In this document: positions 60,533 to 64,000 of the stretch, one piece after another
How positions within the stretch are numbered: the stretch's first letter is position 1
Layout of the letters: each line of letters starts with the position of its first letter
NCBI GenBank assembly: GCA_965223855.1
Contig: CBDCXM010000009.1
Location: forward strand, 544,001-608,000
DNA length: 64,000 nt
Direction: 5' to 3'
Origin: Candidatus Multivoradales bacterium
GTDB lineage: Bacteria; Acidobacteriota; Thermoanaerobaculia; Multivoradales; JAHEKO01
Position numbers and translations under genes: made by a program
The notes under the pieces: model-generated
Database searches by the model: none
What the model saw: the letters and a program-made list of their open reading frames with translations, nothing else
Told to the model about the DNA's origin: nothing

Positions 60533-61555
60533 ATGCCGAGACCCTGGAGAACCTTGTTCGCGCTCTCGATTCTGTGCCTCGCCGCCAGCGCGGCCCAGGC
60601 GAGTGAGACCACGACGAAGTGCTACGAGAGCTGCCATCAGGAGCGGGCCAAGTGCACCGACACGGTAGCGGAGAACGCGCCGAAGACCGATTGCGTCACT
60701 CAGCTGCTGGGCGACCTCAACAACTGCACCGCCGAGTGGCAGCGCGCCTTCCGCGCCTCCTGGACACAGCCGGGGATTCTGCCGTGGGCACGCTCGCAGC
60801 GTCATGCCTGCGAGACCCGGGCGCACAGCCGGCGCTCGCAATGCGAGGCGGCGTGGAAGCCTTCTCAGGAGGCCCTGAAACTCTGCTTCGAGCTCGAGAC
60901 CAAGTGCGAGACCCGCTGCGAAGAGGAGTGCTACGCGCGGGAGGGAGACGAGACCGATTGCAGCAATCCGACGACCTACGGCGGCGGTGGCGGGGTCTCG
61001 TACCGGGTGCGACCCTGTCCGCCGAGCACGGTAAGGAGCTTCGGGGTGCTCGGACTCTGCGAGGCGACGTTCCGGGGTCGCGACTCCTCTCCGCCCGGAG
61101 AAGACGGCTGCCCGAGCGGGACGCGCCGGGGCCCCGACGACCGTTGCGTGCCGACCTTCACGGTCGCGGTGGCGCCCTTCGGCGACGAGCATCTGCTGCT
61201 TTGCCCGCCGGGGACTCGGCCGAGCCCGATCGATGGCGGCTGCGTCTTCGGAGGCGGAACCGATGGAGGCGACACCGGCGCCGAGCCGGGGCGCAATGTC
61301 TGCCCTCCCGGCACAACGCCGTCCCCCGACGACGGGACGTGCCTGCCGACGATCTCCCCGCCACAGCCCGGTGGAGTCATCGCCATCGACCCGTCGCTCG
61401 GACTGCGTCCGCTGCCCGAGCTCTCGCTCGAGCAGGTGAACGCCGTCGCCGGCTACGGCGCTCTGGTCACCTCGGACGTCGCTGCGGGCCTCGAAGCGAC
61501 GGCGGAGGCTCTCGGCATGGAGCTGGTGCGACCGGAGGAGACGCCGGACCCGTAG
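60533..61555 (+). CDS. Cys-rich secreted protein with CPxGT repeats
   Basis: RBS GGAGAGG; signal peptide; helical CxxxC region; three CP(S/P)GT...D..C repeats. Confidence 0.75.
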   Translation: MPRPWRTLFALSILCLAASAAQASETTTKCYESCHQERAKCTDTVAENAPKTDCVTQLLGDLNNCTAEWQRAFRASWTQPGILPWARSQRHACETRAHSRRSQCEAAWKPSQEALKLCFELETKCETRCEEECYAREGDETDCSNPTTYGGGGGVSYRVRPCPPSTVRSFGVLGLCEATFRGRDSSPPGEDGCPSGTRRGPDDRCVPTFTVAVAPFGDEHLLLCPPGTRPSPIDGGCVFGGGTDGGDTGAEPGRNVCPPGTTPSPDDGTCLPTISPPQPGGVIAIDPSLGLRPLPELSLEQVNAVAGYGALVTSDVAAGLEATAEALGMELVRPEETPDP

Positions 61556-61612
61556 GCAGCCCCGGGACGCCCTCCCATCGGCACCGTACGCCCGCCCAAA
61601 CGGCGTGCGGGC

Positions 61613-62518
61613 TCAGGGGCCTCTTCCGGTCTTCTCCTCCAGCTCCTCCAGCGTCCGCGGCCAGTCCTTCTTCATCAGTTGCGACAGCACCCGGTCGGCG
61701 AGCAGCTTGCCGCCCGTCTGGCAGGTGACGCAGTAGTTGGCTTCGTTGTCGGCGTAGAGGATCCGCTGCACCGGATCGCCGCACACGGGGCACGGCTCAC
61801 CGTACTTGCCGTGCACCGCCATCTCGGGGCGGAAGGCGGTCACCTTGTCGGGGAACGCGCCGTCGAGCTCGGCGACGAAGCGCTCGCGCCATTCGGTCAG
61901 CACCTCGACCGCCGCTTCGAAGAGGCGCGCCGCCTCTCCGTCGCCGATCGTCGCGGTGCGCAGGAACGGCGAGAGCTGCGCCCGGTGGAGGATCTCGTCC
62001 GAGTACGCGTTGCCGACGCCGGAGAAGATCCGCGGGTCGGTCAGCGCCCGCTTGAGGGTGTGGCGGTGCGCCCTGAGCGCCGCGGTGAAACCCTCGACCG
62101 TACCGCCCACCACTTCAATGCCGCCCGGATCGTGCTCCGCGACCCCCTCCTCCCCCTCGACGACGTAGAGCGACGCCCGCTTCTTGCTCCCCGCCTCGGT
62201 CAAGAGCAGCGATCCGTGGGCGAAGTCGAACGCCGCCAGGCCGAGCTTGCGCGGCACCTTCACCCCGACGCCCTTCCAGCGCAGGCGGCCGGCGATCATC
62301 AGGTGGAGGACAAGATGGAGATCGCCTTCGAGGTCGAAGACGATCCGTTTGCCGAGGCGGCGCGCACCGACGACCTCGCGGCCATGAGCCTCCGTCAGCG
62401 GCGGCCGAACCGAGCGCAGCAGAAACGGGCTGCCCAGCCGGACGCGCTCCAACGGATGGCCCACCACATGTCCACGCAAAGCATGAACGTAGGCCTCTAC
62501 GTCGGGGTACTCGGGCAT
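61613..62518 (-). CDS. Fpg/Nei family DNA glycosylase
   Basis: N-terminal PE, RLGK, HLMIAG, GVGNAYSDE (H2TH), CPVC..CVTCQ zinc finger. Confidence 0.93.
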   Translation of the reverse strand: MPEYPDVEAYVHALRGHVVGHPLERVRLGSPFLLRSVRPPLTEAHGREVVGARRLGKRIVFDLEGDLHLVLHLMIAGRLRWKGVGVKVPRKLGLAAFDFAHGSLLLTEAGSKKRASLYVVEGEEGVAEHDPGGIEVVGGTVEGFTAALRAHRHTLKRALTDPRIFSGVGNAYSDEILHRAQLSPFLRTATIGDGEAARLFEAAVEVLTEWRERFVAELDGAFPDKVTAFRPEMAVHGKYGEPCPVCGDPVQRILYADNEANYCVTCQTGGKLLADRVLSQLMKKDWPRTLEELEEKTGRGP

Positions 62519-62590
62519 GCCTCGTCACTCTATCGGTGGCCTCACCTCCACCGGAGTACGAATCGTGCGAGACCGGATCGTGCTGGAGCT

Positions 62591-64000
62591 CTAGTCGGAG
62601 GCGTCGGGCTCGCGGCCGTTCAGGAGATCGAACCCCCGATCGATCTCTGCGTGACTGCCGACCAGCACCAGGTCGTCACCCTCCTCGAGCACGGTGCCGG
62701 CATCGGGGTTGGGCTGCGGCTTCTCTCCGCGAACGACCGCCAGCACGGTGGCGCCGGTGCGTCGTCGCAGGTCGAGGTCGCGCAGCGAGCGGCCGACGAC
62801 GGCACTCCCGGGCTCGATGCGGAAGATGTCGGTCGTCCCCGCCTCCAGCGCATCGAGGACCGCAGCCGACACCGCGGGGCTGCCCTCCGGCGAGCGGAGC
62901 ATCCGGTAGCCCTCGCCACGCAGCACCCGGGTCTGCGCCCGCACGACGTTGCGCGGCACGTGGAAGCGCTCGAGCACGAGGGTGAAGATCTCGATCGCGG
63001 TCTCGAACTCCTCGGCCACGACCTCGTTGGCGCCGAGCGCGCGCAGCTCCTCGATCTCGTCGAGCCGACGGGTCCGCACCACGAGCTCGACCGTCGGGTT
63101 GAGGTCTCTGGCGACCTGCACGGCGCGCTTCTGGGCGGTGTGGTCCGAGAGCGCGAACACCACGAGGCGCGCCCGCTCGATCCCGGCGTGCTCGAGCACC
63201 TCGCGCCGGGTCGCGTCGCCGAAGAAGATCGGTTCGCCGGCGCGCCGGCCGCGCTTCACCGTCTCGGAGTTGAGCTCCGCGACCACGTAGCGGATCCCCG
63301 CCTCCCGCAGCACCCGGGCGACGAGCCGGCCGCCGGCGCCGAAGCCGAGCACGATCACGTGTTCGCGGGCCGCCGCCACCTCTTCCGGCGAATCGGCGGC
63401 GGGCGACTCCCAGCGTCGAGCCCAGGCCCGGCCGGCGGCGGGTGCGAGAGAGACGAGGAGTGGCGTCAGGACCATGGTGAGCACCACGGCGCTCAGCAGG
63501 AGCTGGTACGCCGCCGCTTCGAGCAGGCCGTGCGATCGCCCCACCTCCATGAGGAGGAACGAGAACTCGCCAATCTGCGCCAGGCCGAGCCCGGCGACGA
63601 TGCGGATGCGCGCCGGCAGGCCGACGGCGAAGACGGCACCGCCGGCGACCACGCTCTTGATCACGACGACCGCCCCGGCCAGCAGCAGGATCGCCGGCCA
63701 GTTCGCGACGACGAAGCGCAGATCGACCAGCATGCCGATCGAGATGAAGAAGACGCTGGCGAAGAGATCGCGGAACGGCGCCACGTCCGCCACCGCCTGG
63801 TGGCTGTACTCGGTCTCCGAGATCAGCAGGCCGGCGACGAAGGCACCCAGCGCCAGCGAGAAGCCGAGCACATGGGTCCCCCATGCGAGCGCCAGGCACA
63901 GCCCGAGCGAGCCGAGGACGAAGGTCTCGCGGGCGCGGGTGCGGGCGATGCGGTCGAAGAGCGCGGGGGCGACCCGGCGGGCGATCAGCACGACGGCACC
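62591..64000 (-). CDS. Kef-type CPA2 K+/H+ antiporter with TrkA-N and TrkA-C domains (5'-truncated)
   Basis: SLALGAFVAG, PFRDLF, FF.SIGM, LAQIGEFSF, GFGAGG, FGDAT, RCK-C. Confidence 0.92.
   Translation of the reverse strand, partial: GAVVLIARRVAPALFDRIARTRARETFVLGSLGLCLALAWGTHVLGFSLALGAFVAGLLISETEYSHQAVADVAPFRDLFASVFFISIGMLVDLRFVVANWPAILLLAGAVVVIKSVVAGGAVFAVGLPARIRIVAGLGLAQIGEFSFLLMEVGRSHGLLEAAAYQLLLSAVVLTMVLTPLLVSLAPAAGRAWARRWESPAADSPEEVAAAREHVIVLGFGAGGRLVARVLREAGIRYVVAELNSETVKRGRRAGEPIFFGDATRREVLEHAGIERARLVVFALSDHTAQKRAVQVARDLNPTVELVVRTRRLDEIEELRALGANEVVAEEFETAIEIFTLVLERFHVPRNVVRAQTRVLRGEGYRMLRSPEGSPAVSAAVLDALEAGTTDIFRIEPGSAVVGRSLRDLDLRRRTGATVLAVVRGEKPQPNPDAGTVLEEGDDLVLVGSHAEIDRGFDLLNGREPDASD

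Overview
Very GC-rich bacterial chromosome segment. Gene content (ECF sigma/Ser-Thr kinase cassette, PQQ-propeller fusion, Haliangium-type BMC shell set) suggests an Acidobacteriota/Thermoanaerobaculia-like organism; this is inference only. About 66 CDS; no rRNA, tRNA, CRISPR or transposase recognised. Main modules: (1) glpQ-glpK and housekeeping genes; (2) ECF sigma + STK-TPR + 1184-aa secreted propeller/lipase/Ig protein; (3) a nucleoside-scavenging neighbourhood (nupC, upp, tatD, NUDIX, cdd, deoA/pdp, two PNPs) next to a sugar-phosphate-type microcompartment operon (RpiB-DeoC fusion, acylating aldehyde dehydrogenase, six shell genes); (4) a ~0.9 kb intergenic array of four regularly spaced structured elements behind a mirrored operator/promoter pair; (5) a putative organoarsenic operon (DUF2064 - ArsM-like - PstSCAB-like - radical SAM) whose first gene ends in a RAPP ribosome-arrest-like motif that can pair with the arsM leader; (6) a split type III PKS/ACP/FAAL/flavoprotein cluster; (7) two secreted proteins sharing an ECF-like promoter. 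The best candidates for an undescribed system are (5) and (4). All calls come from reading motifs by eye; no searches were run.
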